The notes below the pieces were generated by a model. It was not told the DNA's origin and ran no database searches. It was given only the letters and a program-made list of their open reading frames with translations. From the sequence record SRR22947727_213: DNA of 33,852 nucleotides; one strand, given 5' to 3'. Position 1 is the stretch's first letter. Every line of letters starts with the position of its first letter. Positions 1-8,875 of this stretch are shown here, in pieces. Made by a program: the position numbers and the translations under genes.

Positions 1-1
1 A

Positions 2-622
2 ACAGATGGTGTTGATCAAAATCCTCATTGTGTTTTACTCTTAGATGAAATTGAAAAAGCCCATTATGACCTTTTTAATATTTTGCTCCAGGTAATGGAT
101 TACGGCAAGCTAACTGATCATAATGGTAAATCAGTCGATTTTAGAAATGTTATTTTGATCATGACTTCTAATGCAGGTGCAATTGATTTATCTAAAAAAA
201 GAATTGGTTTTAATTCCGCTAGATCAAAGGATGATAATAATGACGCAATAAATAAAATCTTTTCACCAGAGTTCAGAAATAGAATAGACTCAATTATTCA
301 CTTTAATCATTTGAATAAAGAAATTGTTTTATCCATTGTTGATAAATTTATTATTCAAGTTGAAGCTCAATTAGAGGACAAAGGCGTCTCTTTATCAATA
401 GACAAAAAAGCAAAAGAATATCTCGCTAATATTGGGTATGACGAGGTTTATGGTGCTAGAGAATTGAGTAGAGTGATCCAAGAAAAAGTTAAAAAGCCAA
501 TGGCCGAAGAATTAATATTTGGAGCATTGTCAAAGGGTGGGCATGTAGATATCACTATTGATAAAAATGAAATATCTCTCAAGTATTCTTCTAATCAAGA
601 TAAAAAGAAAGAACTAGTTTAG
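2..622 (+). CDS. clpA: ATP-dependent Clp protease ATP-binding subunit ClpA, C-terminal part (5' truncated by the window edge)
   Basis: Frame is open from position 2 (TDGVDQNPHCVLLLDEIEKAH, Walker B of the second AAA module). It continues into LLQVMDYGKLTDHNG, FSPEFRNRID and GARELSRVIQ. Confidence 0.93.
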   Translation, partial: TDGVDQNPHCVLLLDEIEKAHYDLFNILLQVMDYGKLTDHNGKSVDFRNVILIMTSNAGAIDLSKKRIGFNSARSKDDNNDAINKIFSPEFRNRIDSIIHFNHLNKEIVLSIVDKFIIQVEAQLEDKGVSLSIDKKAKEYLANIGYDEVYGARELSRVIQEKVKKPMAEELIFGALSKGGHVDITIDKNEISLKYSSNQDKKKELV

Positions 623-1767
623 TTCTTATAGGGGCCCAAAGCTTCTAAATCTTGTTTATGACTGCTTATCATCTTTGATTCCTCATTAAGGAATTTATTT
701 ATCGCTGTTGAAAAATCCTTTTCTTTTATCCAATGGGCGCTCCATGTTTTTTGCGGTAAGTATCCTCTGCTTAGTTTATGTTCACCTTGCGCTCCCGCCT
801 CAACATATTTTATGTTATTTGCGATCGCATAATCTATTGCTTGATAGTAACATAATTCAAAATGAAGATAAGGTACTTCAAACTTAGATCCCCATAGTCG
901 TCCATATAAATGTGTTTTGCTTAAAAAATTAAGCGCAGAAGCAACTCTAGTATCATCTTGATAAGCAATCATTAATAAAACTTTGTTTTTAAAATTGCTT
1001 AAAATATTCATAAAAAATTCTTTTTTTAAATAAGTTGATCCCCATTTTCTTCCAGTTGTATCAAGATAGCATTCGTAAAAAAATTCTAAATCTTCTTTTT
1101 TGAGATCATCCCCACTTAATAATTCTACTTTAAGATTATTGATTTTTAGGCACTGTCTTTCTTTCTTAATTTGTTTTCTTTTTCTTGATGAAAGTGTTGA
1201 TAAAAAATCATCAAATGATTTGTAGTTGTTATTCTCCCAATGAAATTGAATACCTTCTCTAATCATAATTGGTTCTTCAGATCTCCACTCATTCGGGTTT
1301 TTTATAAAATTAAAATGTGCGGATGAAACATTTAGTTTTTTAGCTTCACTTATAATATTATTAATTATTTCTTTGATCTTATCTTTTCTATTTCTTATCT
1401 TTTGACTAATAAAAATTCTGTCACCAGTTACAGGTGTGAAGGGTATTGCAGACTGTAGTTTAGGATAATAGTTTAACCCATGTCGATGATAAGCATCAGC
1501 CCATGCATGATCAAAAATATATTCCCCATAAGAATGACTCTTTAAATAAAGTGGACAAATAGCAATTATTTCTTTTTTATCATTGCACTCAATATAATGA
1601 TGTGGTTTCCATCCTGTCTGAGAGCAAGCACTCTCACTTTTTTCTAAGGCAAATAAAAATTCATATTGAATAAAAGGATGATCGTTATTAACACAAGTAT
1701 TCCAGTCTTCTTTTTTTATTTTTTTTAGACTGTCTATAAAAAAGAAATCACTTTTTAGTGAAGGCAT
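619..1767 (-). CDS. GNAT-fold FemAB-like (DUF482) protein
   Basis: Motifs PLYLKSHSYGEYIFDHAWADA, YYPKLQSAIPFTPVTG, LHFELCYYQAI and EAGAQGEHKL.RGY; a usual neighbour of clpA and ridA. Confidence 0.88.
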   Translation of the reverse strand: MPSLKSDFFFIDSLKKIKKEDWNTCVNNDHPFIQYEFLFALEKSESACSQTGWKPHHYIECNDKKEIIAICPLYLKSHSYGEYIFDHAWADAYHRHGLNYYPKLQSAIPFTPVTGDRIFISQKIRNRKDKIKEIINNIISEAKKLNVSSAHFNFIKNPNEWRSEEPIMIREGIQFHWENNNYKSFDDFLSTLSSRKRKQIKKERQCLKINNLKVELLSGDDLKKEDLEFFYECYLDTTGRKWGSTYLKKEFFMNILSNFKNKVLLMIAYQDDTRVASALNFLSKTHLYGRLWGSKFEVPYLHFELCYYQAIDYAIANNIKYVEAGAQGEHKLSRGYLPQKTWSAHWIKEKDFSTAINKFLNEESKMISSHKQDLEALGPYKN

Positions 1768-2232
1768 TTATTTCAATTGAACTATAGCATCTATTTCTAC
1801 TGAAATTCCTAATGGCAGAGCATTGGACCCGACAGCAACTCTTGCATGACGACCTCGATCACTAAAAATATCAACAAGCAAATCAGAAGCCCCATTGATA
1901 ATAGTTGGTTGTTCCGTAAAATTATCCATACAGTTTACAAAACCAGTTAACTTAACAAAACTATCTAATTTATCCCAGTCTCCATCAAGGCCAGTTTTAA
2001 CTGCAGCTATGATGTTAATAACGCAAAGTTTAGCTGCCTTAATACCATGCTCAACAGAAATATCGGTTCCAACTTTGCCCTTGTAAATGATCTCTCCATT
2101 CTGAGCTGGTGCTTGACCAGATACATACATCGTTTTACCAACAATTTTGTATGGAACGTAATTCGCTAGAGCTTTAGGAAGTTCAGGAATATTTAAACCT
2201 AAGTTCTTGATATTTTCTTCAAACAAATGCAT
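1768..2232 (-). CDS. RidA/YjgF family protein
   Basis: Motifs ANYVPY, YVSGQ, INGASDLL and GRHARVAVG..LPLG.SVEI. Confidence 0.9.
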   Translation of the reverse strand: MHLFEENIKNLGLNIPELPKALANYVPYKIVGKTMYVSGQAPAQNGEIIYKGKVGTDISVEHGIKAAKLCVINIIAAVKTGLDGDWDKLDSFVKLTGFVNCMDNFTEQPTIINGASDLLVDIFSDRGRHARVAVGSNALPLGISVEIDAIVQLK

Positions 2233-2277
2233 TAGACACTATATAAAACTTTTTGAGCGAAGGTAAAGGGAACAAAT

Positions 2278-2844
2278 ATGATTAAAATTTTAAAATTTTT
2301 ATTTCTGTGCCTGGCAATCTCAACTTTATTTAATGGAGGACCAGTTATGGCAGACGAAAAAGATATGATACATTTGACATTAAAAGATGGTGTGGTGAAA
2401 ATAGAAACTCGCCCAGATTTAGCACCAAAGCATGTAGCACAAATTAAACAATTAATTAGTGAAGGGCACTATGATGGCGTAGTATTTCACCGTGTTATTG
2501 ATGGTTTTATGGCACAAACTGGCGATGTCGAATTTGGTAATTCTTCAAATGATAAATTTAATATGTCCAGAGCAGGTACTGGAGGCTCTAATCTCCCAAA
2601 TATTCCAGCTGAATTTTCTGATGCTAATCATGGCAGAGGGGCGCTTTCAATGGCTAGAGCGCAAGACCCTGGCAGTGCAAACAGTCAGTTTTTTATTGTT
2701 TTCAATGACGCTAGCTTTTTAGATGGTCAATATACAGTGTGGGGTCAAGTGATTGAAGGTATGGAGTTGGTTGATAATATTACACGAGGAGAACCACCTC
2801 AAGATCCTGATAAAATAATTAAAATGGAAATCATTACAGAGTAA
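2278..2844 (+). CDS. Cyclophilin-type peptidyl-prolyl cis-trans isomerase with N-terminal signal peptide
   Basis: Motifs FHRVIDGFMAQTGD, SMARAQDPGSANSQFFI and FLDGQYTVWGQV; hydrophobic N-terminus. Confidence 0.93.
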   Translation: MIKILKFLFLCLAISTLFNGGPVMADEKDMIHLTLKDGVVKIETRPDLAPKHVAQIKQLISEGHYDGVVFHRVIDGFMAQTGDVEFGNSSNDKFNMSRAGTGGSNLPNIPAEFSDANHGRGALSMARAQDPGSANSQFFIVFNDASFLDGQYTVWGQVIEGMELVDNITRGEPPQDPDKIIKMEIITE

Positions 2845-2846
2845 GT

Positions 2847-3929
2847 ATGTTTGTAGCTGATTTGCATAACGATCTTGTGCAAAGAATGATGATTGGCGAG
2901 GATGTGACTAAAAATACATCCTCTGGCCACACTGATATTGAACGATTAAAACTATCTGCAATTGACTTAGAGGTAATGATTGTGTGGGCTTCTGAAAAAG
3001 AGGCTAATACAAGTTACTTTGAATTTGCTTCTAAAATGTATGAAAAATTAAAAGCATTAGAGAATGTTGACGGAGTTTCTATTCCTATTACTCTTGAAGA
3101 CATAAAAGTCGCTAAACAAAATAATCAATTATCTCTTCCTATTGCAATGGAGGGCGGTGAAGCTTTAGAAAATAAAATAGAAAATTTAGAATACTTTATT
3201 AATAAAGGGCTTTTTTATTTTGGTCCAACATGGAACCATTCCTTAGATTGGGTGAGTTCTGGATATGAAGAAACACATAAGAAATCTACCTTAAAGACAG
3301 TAGGATTAAATAAATTTGGTGTTGAAGTAATTAATATCTGCCAAGAAAATAATATTTTAGTTGATATGTCTCATATTGGTGAAAAAAGTTTTTGGGACAC
3401 AATTGCTATTACAAAAAAACCAATCATTGCATCACACTCTAGTGTCTATAATTTATGTCCACATTTTAGAAATCTTAAAGATGATCAAATTGTAGCTATT
3501 AAAAACACAAATGGTTTTATTGGTCTTAATCCTTATCCTTTTTTTATTGATCCAACATTTAAGACTAGAGAACAAAAGGTAAGAGCTAATTGTAAACAAC
3601 AACTCAATGAACTTGCAGACACACAAGAAACGACAGCAGGTAAATGGATAGTGAAACAGCACTTTCTACAAAAAGAATTAGCATCTGTATGTCCTGGAAT
3701 GGACATTTTTATTAATCACATTGAATACATAATTAAAATGATAGGCATTGATTATGTTGGTGTAGGCAGTGATTATGACGGTCTTGACTGTCTTCCACAA
3801 GGTTGGAATGATTGTATGGATCATATGCTTATTGCACAAGAATTAGATAAAAGAGGATACTCTTCAGAGGAGATTGAAAAAATTATGGGAAAAAATATAT
3901 TGCGTGTTTTAGAAGAGATATGGTCTTAA
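2847..3929 (+). CDS. Membrane dipeptidase (peptidase M19) family protein
   Basis: Motifs DLHND, MEGGE, TWNH, VDMSH, ASHS, RNLKDDQI and GSDYDG. Confidence 0.88.
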   Translation: MFVADLHNDLVQRMMIGEDVTKNTSSGHTDIERLKLSAIDLEVMIVWASEKEANTSYFEFASKMYEKLKALENVDGVSIPITLEDIKVAKQNNQLSLPIAMEGGEALENKIENLEYFINKGLFYFGPTWNHSLDWVSSGYEETHKKSTLKTVGLNKFGVEVINICQENNILVDMSHIGEKSFWDTIAITKKPIIASHSSVYNLCPHFRNLKDDQIVAIKNTNGFIGLNPYPFFIDPTFKTREQKVRANCKQQLNELADTQETTAGKWIVKQHFLQKELASVCPGMDIFINHIEYIIKMIGIDYVGVGSDYDGLDCLPQGWNDCMDHMLIAQELDKRGYSSEEIEKIMGKNILRVLEEIWS

Positions 3930-4532
3930 CATTTTATAAAAAATTATAAGTGAAATAAAAATCAAAACAATTCCAGATATATTTTGAATAGTTTTAGTAT
4001 TATTTTCTAAGAATTGTTTTAAACCAAATCCAGTTACCACTATGGTTACTATAATGTACCATATTCCATCAATAGATGAAGCCATAAACACCATGGTTAG
4101 TTTTGTCATACTTGTAGATGAAGCTTCAATGAATTGTGAAAAAATAGCAGTAAACCAAATAAGAATTTTAGGATTTAAAATACTAATAGCAAATCCTTGA
4201 ATAAAGGAATTCAGATTTTTTTGATCATCTTCAAGGGATAGCTTCTCTCCAGAATTTTTCAGAAATAATATCCCTAAAATTAATAAAAAAATACTTCCAC
4301 AAAACTGTATCGTATTAAATACAAAAATATTATTTATTAATATTAGTTGCAAGCCTACAACAGAGATTGAAGCATAGATACCAATACCGATTGCATGGCC
4401 AATAGAGCTAAGCAGGCCAGAAACCCTTCCATATTTTATTGAATTTCTAATGATCAGTGCCATTGAAGGTCCGGGAGACATTGCCCCAACAATACATATT
4501 GAGGCAAATTGGACCCAAAACCAATTAATCAT
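3909..4532 (-). CDS. LysE/RhtB family amino acid exporter
   Basis: GAMSPGPS near the N-terminus, GF...LNPK motif, about 6 hydrophobic segments. Confidence 0.9.
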   Translation of the reverse strand: MINWFWVQFASICIVGAMSPGPSMALIIRNSIKYGRVSGLLSSIGHAIGIGIYASISVVGLQLILINNIFVFNTIQFCGSIFLLILGILFLKNSGEKLSLEDDQKNLNSFIQGFAISILNPKILIWFTAIFSQFIEASSTSMTKLTMVFMASSIDGIWYIIVTIVVTGFGLKQFLENNTKTIQNISGIVLIFISLIIFYKMLRPYLF

Positions 4533-5268
4533 TTTTTTGTTGTGTTATTTTTTTATATTTCTCAATTGTTTCTTTTAGTCCAAAATCAATACTATCACAT
4601 ACTAAAGCATGCCCAATTGATACTTCTTTAATAGTAGAAATATTTTCTAAAATATAATCTAAATTATCTAAATTTAAATCATGTCCTGCATTCAGTAATA
4701 TGAATGGAAATTTTCTTTTTAAATAATCTGCTACTTCAAGATAAGGTTTTATTGCTGAGTTTTTATTTTCATAATAATTTTTGGCATAATCATAAGTGTA
4801 CAATTCCACTCTATCTGGTTTAATGATGCCCAGATTTGAAAGTGTTTCAGAGGATGGATTTATAAAGATAGAAACTCGAATGTCATTATCTCTAAACTTG
4901 TTTATGATATCACTCAAAAAGTTTTTACTTTCTTCGCAGTTCCATCCAAATGATGATGTTAATGCTTCAGGTGGATCTGGAACGAGAGTAACTTGTTCAG
5001 GTGATACATCAATTACTCTACTAATAAAATCATCTGAAGGGTAACCTTCAATATTAAATTCTATTTTTTCATAATTATCAGTAAGATTTTTTAATTCTTC
5101 TAAATCTGAGAATTTAACATGCCTCTCATCTGGTCGAGGATGTACAGTAATGCCGTCTGCACCGTATTCAATACATTTTTTACCTATGTCGACGAGGTTT
5201 GGCATATCGGCACCTCTAGCATTTCGTATTAAAGCAAATTTATTTATATTGATGCTTAGCGCAGTCAT
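4525..5268 (-). CDS. pdxJ: Pyridoxine 5'-phosphate synthase
   Basis: Motifs RNARG, GITVHPRPDERH, NIEG, VTLVPD, VELYT, NAGHDL and EVSIGHAL. Confidence 0.95.
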   Translation of the reverse strand: MTALSININKFALIRNARGADMPNLVDIGKKCIEYGADGITVHPRPDERHVKFSDLEELKNLTDNYEKIEFNIEGYPSDDFISRVIDVSPEQVTLVPDPPEALTSSFGWNCEESKNFLSDIINKFRDNDIRVSIFINPSSETLSNLGIIKPDRVELYTYDYAKNYYENKNSAIKPYLEVADYLKRKFPFILLNAGHDLNLDNLDYILENISTIKEVSIGHALVCDSIDFGLKETIEKYKKITQQKND

Positions 5269-5271
5269 AAG

Positions 5272-5916
5272 TTAAATTTCTTTACCATAGGTTTTCAACA
5301 TCCATTCTTGAACTTTTGGATGGATATGTACTTGATGATGAGCATTTTTTAATTTTGGAAAATCATCAATAATAGAAGTGGGGATACCATCAATGATACC
5401 TGATGTTAACCAGCCAAGTAATCGCCATATTGCAATATCTGCAATACTCATTTTTTCTACAAACCATGTAGATTCATCCTCTAAAAGTAAACTTTCTAAA
5501 TATCTAAACCATCTTGGTAAAAATTTGTTGACTAGCAATTTTCTATCTTCTATTTTTTTATCTAGATCTTTTTCTCTTATTGTGGGGCTTACTAAATTTG
5601 TTATATCTGTTGCGGAATCTATAATCTGATCAATTTTGGCAGCTTTCAGATTATCTTCAGAATAAAGATTGGAAGCTTTACCGCAATATCTTGCTATAGC
5701 TCCAGTTTGACCAATAATTTTACCATCAACTTCTATGACAGGTAGTTGGTGGAAGGGAGCTTTTTTACCATTTGGTAAAAAACCTGTTTTTATTACATGT
5801 ACAAACTCTTCTCTTGAAACTCTAATATCTTCAAAGGGAATATCTTTAATGAATAAAGAAACTCTCAGTACTTCCGCTCTCCAAAAAGGTGTTTGACTAT
5901 AATAAATTTTAATCAT
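5272..5916 (-). CDS. Glutathione S-transferase (sigma-class-like)
   Basis: Motifs RAEVLR, PFHQLPVIEVDG, QTGAIARY, and the C-terminal domain signature SIADIA. Confidence 0.9.
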   Translation of the reverse strand: MIKIYYSQTPFWRAEVLRVSLFIKDIPFEDIRVSREEFVHVIKTGFLPNGKKAPFHQLPVIEVDGKIIGQTGAIARYCGKASNLYSEDNLKAAKIDQIIDSATDITNLVSPTIREKDLDKKIEDRKLLVNKFLPRWFRYLESLLLEDESTWFVEKMSIADIAIWRLLGWLTSGIIDGIPTSIIDDFPKLKNAHHQVHIHPKVQEWMLKTYGKEI

Positions 5917-5926
5917 TATTTTTATC

Positions 5927-6096
5927 GATTCTACCTTAACTCTCTATATTTATCTTTATTTCTTAAGCATTAAATTAAACTTGATGGATTTGTAATCAAA
6001 ATCTTCTAAAACCAGTGTCGAGTCTGGTATTTTGAATTCCGATTTAATTACCTTTGCGCAAATGTCAGACTCAACCACTCCCCACTAGATAGAATC
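5927..6096 (-). ncRNA. Candidate structured RNA or 5' leader (unassigned)
   Basis: On the minus strand GATTCTATCT (6096-6087) can pair with AGGTAGAATC (5936-5927). An inner stem AGTGGTTGAGTCTG / CAGACTCGACACT gives 13 bp with one bulge. It matches no family I recognise. Confidence 0.35.
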
Positions 6097-6140
6097 ATAT
6101 ATAAAATGATATATGTAAATCATTAATAATAGGAGATTTT

Positions 6141-6542
6141 ATGATTGAGACAGCTGGGGGAATGATACCGTTTTTGTGTCATTGTTTTTTAATTTTGTTT
6201 GGGGGCTTCTTTGGACTTAGTTTTGCTTTTAATAAGAGCTTTGTAAAAAATAGCATTGGTTATGAATCTAAAGAGGCAATGTTTATGGGAAGACCTCTTG
6301 GATTTTTAATGATCGGCACGGTTTTAATGCTTATTGCCACATTATTGCAAATTGGAAGTTTCACTTCACCCAACGAAGTTATTGGTATTTTATTTATTTT
6401 TACGATTTTAGCTTTTTGTTTTAATCTTGGAACAACATTAAAAATTTTTGAGAGCTATGATGGAAATGATTGGCCAATTAAACATGCAATTAGACCTTTA
6501 ATACCAATGGTGATAGTTTTAATAAGGTATTTTAGTTTGTAA
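6141..6542 (+). CDS. Hypothetical ~4-TM membrane protein
   Basis: 133-aa ORF with a strong SD (AGGAGA), four hydrophobic segments and its own terminator. Confidence 0.8.
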   Translation: MIETAGGMIPFLCHCFLILFGGFFGLSFAFNKSFVKNSIGYESKEAMFMGRPLGFLMIGTVLMLIATLLQIGSFTSPNEVIGILFIFTILAFCFNLGTTLKIFESYDGNDWPIKHAIRPLIPMVIVLIRYFSL

Positions 6543-6556
6543 ATATAAAATAATTT

Positions 6557-6590
6557 AAATAGCACTCTTTCTATGAGTGCTATTTTCTTT
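6557..6590. terminator. Intrinsic terminator, probably bidirectional
   Basis: AAATAGCACTC-tttctat-GAGTGCTATTT (11-bp stem) followed by a T-rich tract, between convergent genes. Confidence 0.85.
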
Positions 6591-6976
6591 TAACATTTAT
6601 CATTTTTTATTTCATTTTTTCTCATTGGCATTGAATCAATTAAATTAAATAATCTAAACAATATTTTTTCATCTAGGCTATAATCTTTAATTTCCCCATC
6701 ATATCCAAGTAACCAAATACCATATTTTTCATTTATAAATTTGGGTGTTAAAAAATTTATATTTTTAAATTTTTCAAAAAAAATTATTTCTAAATTTCTA
6801 TCATTAAGTTCACATTTATAATCAGAGATAAATTTTTCAATTTTAATAAATAAATTATTATTCTTATTTTCATAAGAAATAATAAGTATTCTTTTTTCCC
6901 AATTTAAATTTGCTATTTGTTTTGCCATTGCCTCAATGCTTATAAAGAAAATTATTAATATGATTATATATTTCAT
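6590..6976 (-). CDS. DUF4174 domain protein with signal peptide (start corrected from 7027)
   Basis: Motifs W.KRIL, LLGYDGEIK and LFNLIDSMPMR.NE. MKYIIILIIFFISIEAMA is a signal peptide. The longer ORF start lies inside the tRNA. Confidence 0.8.
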   Translation of the reverse strand: MKYIIILIIFFISIEAMAKQIANLNWEKRILIISYENKNNNLFIKIEKFISDYKCELNDRNLEIIFFEKFKNINFLTPKFINEKYGIWLLGYDGEIKDYSLDEKILFRLFNLIDSMPMRKNEIKNDKC

Positions 6977-6982
6977 TAAAAA

Positions 6983-7057
6983 TGGTGCCACAGGGCAGAA
7001 TCGAACTGCCGGCTTATTCATTACCAATGAATTACTCTACCCCTGAGTTACTGCGGC
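6983..7057 (-). tRNA. tRNA-Thr(GGT)
   Basis: Reverse complement reads GCCGCAG TA ACTC AGGGGTA GAGT A ATTCA TT-GGT-AA TGAAT AAGCC GGCAG TTCGATT CTGCC CTGTGGC A CCA: a full cloverleaf with encoded CCA. Confidence 0.97.
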
Positions 7058-7058
7058 A

Positions 7059-7088
7059 TTGATTAAACTTCAACATCGAATATATAAT
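7059..7088 (+). promoter_or_regulatory. Putative sigma70 promoter for the nuclease gene (possibly leaderless mRNA)
   Basis: TTGATT-18 nt-TATAAT ends 7 nt before the ATG at 7096, and there is no SD. The AT-rich background weakens this call. Confidence 0.4.
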
Positions 7089-7095
7089 TAAATTA

Positions 7096-7572
7096 ATGAA
7101 AACAACCATATTAATTTTTTACATAATTTTATTGTCTTTTAGTAATTCTGCTTTTGCTAAAACAATAAATGGAAAACCTAAAATTGTAGATGGTGATACA
7201 ATTCATATAAAAAGTAATAAAATAAGACTGCATGGTATTGATGCTCCTGAAACTAAACAAACATGTAAAATTAATAATGAAGATTGGTTTTGTGGCAAGC
7301 AATCTACAAAAGAATTAAAAAACTTAATTAATAATCTACAAGTAGAGTGCATTGTAAATAATATTGATAGGTATAAGCGTTATGTTGCAATTTGTTCCGT
7401 TAATGACATTATTATTAATCAGTGGATGGTGAGAAATGGCTGGGCAATTGCATACCGTTATTATTCTAAAGATTATATTGTTGATGAAGAATATGCTCAT
7501 GATAATAAATTAGGTATTTGGAAAAGTGAATTTGTAGAACCCTATACATTTCGTCGACAGAATAAAAATTGA
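7096..7572 (+). CDS. Thermonuclease (SNase-like) family protein with signal peptide
   Basis: Motifs IVDGDTI, IRLHGIDAPE, DRYKRYVA, MVRNGWA and A...KLGIW. Confidence 0.92.
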   Translation: MKTTILIFYIILLSFSNSAFAKTINGKPKIVDGDTIHIKSNKIRLHGIDAPETKQTCKINNEDWFCGKQSTKELKNLINNLQVECIVNNIDRYKRYVAICSVNDIIINQWMVRNGWAIAYRYYSKDYIVDEEYAHDNKLGIWKSEFVEPYTFRRQNKN

Positions 7573-7621
7573 ATTAAATTCCCTTCTTTTTATCTAGAAG
7601 CTTTTATTATATAGTCATCTC

Positions 7622-8875
7622 ATGAGTGAACTTAATAAATTAGATTTAAATTGGATTGATTCTTCAAACGAAGATCAAAGAGAGCGCTTTTTGGATGCAT
7701 TAAATTCATATCTTTTGTTTAAAAAAGACAGTTTAGATAAATGCAATTTATTGATTGAAGAAAATCCAAATTTTAACGCACCTAAATTATTAAAAATAAT
7801 TTTAATTTTACTCACACGTGATAATAATAAGATAAATGATGCAAAAACATTACTAGGCAATATTAATATTGAGAATTTAAATGATCACTTCAAAAAATAT
7901 CTTAATGTAATATCGTTTTGGCTTAAAAAAGATCTGCACTCAGTCATTTCCATTCTTCAAAATATTATTACCGATCATAAAAAAGATATATTGGCAATAC
8001 GGTTACTTCATTTTAATAATATTTTTATTGGTATAGACTCCAATTTTCTTCGTAAGCACCTAGAGATTTTGGATAGTTGGACAAAAACGGATCCTTTTTA
8101 CAATTTAATTCTAGGGATGACGAGTTTTGCTTATGAGGAAAATGACCAGTTATCTCTTGCTCAAAATTTAGCTAATGAATCATTAGCAATTTCAAAAAAA
8201 GATTTATGGAGTTGGCATGCTTTACTGCACGTGCAAGATAATGAATTATTATCTGATTTAGAAAGTAATGAATTTTTTACATCAATTGATTGGTCTAAAT
8301 ATGGAGCAATTAAGCGACATATATGGTGGCATCAAGCCCTTATGCATTTTTATAAAAAAGATTTTATCAAATGCCTCGAGATGTTTGATAATTTTATATT
8401 TAGTGAAGATGAATTTTATTTAGATTTTTGTAACGCCAGTTCTCTACTGCTAAGGTTGCACTATCAAGGTGTTGATGTTGATCAGAGAATGCACAAACTA
8501 CAACCTTTGGCTAATTATTTTTGTGAACAGCAACTCATACCCTTTATCGATTATCATCTTATACTATTTTATAAATATTTTGATGACACAGAACGTCTGC
8601 AATTAATTAAAGAGGGTGTCAGTCAGCATTATGAAAATACAAAATTTCAGAATACTACTAGTAGTTATTTAGAGCCAGTACTAAACAATCTCCTAAATAG
8701 AAAAGTTATAGATGCAAAAGTGGTGCATAATGCTTTTCATCAACTCGGGGGAAGTTTTGCTCAACGAGAAATTATTTTACTTGGACTTCTTAATCATAAT
8801 GATCAATCTAATTTACAAAAAACAATAAAAGATATCTTTAATGCTAAAAAAACTAGTGTTGTAAACTATGCATAA
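7622..8875 (+). CDS. TTC38-like tetratricopeptide/alpha-helical repeat protein
   Basis: Motifs GM.SFAYEE, D.WSWHALLHV, HIWWHQAL, NASSLL.RL and GGSFAQRE resemble the TTC38 family, but the protein is diverged. Confidence 0.7.
   Translation: MSELNKLDLNWIDSSNEDQRERFLDALNSYLLFKKDSLDKCNLLIEENPNFNAPKLLKIILILLTRDNNKINDAKTLLGNINIENLNDHFKKYLNVISFWLKKDLHSVISILQNIITDHKKDILAIRLLHFNNIFIGIDSNFLRKHLEILDSWTKTDPFYNLILGMTSFAYEENDQLSLAQNLANESLAISKKDLWSWHALLHVQDNELLSDLESNEFFTSIDWSKYGAIKRHIWWHQALMHFYKKDFIKCLEMFDNFIFSEDEFYLDFCNASSLLLRLHYQGVDVDQRMHKLQPLANYFCEQQLIPFIDYHLILFYKYFDDTERLQLIKEGVSQHYENTKFQNTTSSYLEPVLNNLLNRKVIDAKVVHNAFHQLGGSFAQREIILLGLLNHNDQSNLQKTIKDIFNAKKTSVVNYA

Noticed and set aside
1895-5629. Short alternative ORFs 1895-2086, 2492-2722, 3453-3662, 4796-5044 and 5378-5629
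   Set aside because: Antisense or off-frame shadows lying wholly inside well-supported genes, with no motifs.
5927-6096. Assignment as a yybP-ykoY Mn riboswitch, 6S RNA, SRP RNA or retron msr-msd
   Set aside because: It has GGGGAGTG but no 3' (G/A)AGACC partner for yybP-ykoY. The stems are too asymmetric for 6S, the SRP GGAA/GCAG loop motif is absent, and there is no reverse transcriptase in the window.
6977-7027. N-terminal extension MVMNKPAVRFCPVAPFL of the 145-aa ORF
   Set aside because: It is a translation of the tRNA-Thr sequence; the signal peptide begins at 6976.
6983-7572. tRNA-anchored integrative element or defence nuclease
   Set aside because: No integrase or repeated tRNA 3' end was seen, and the SNase-like protein has a signal peptide typical of ordinary exported thermonucleases.
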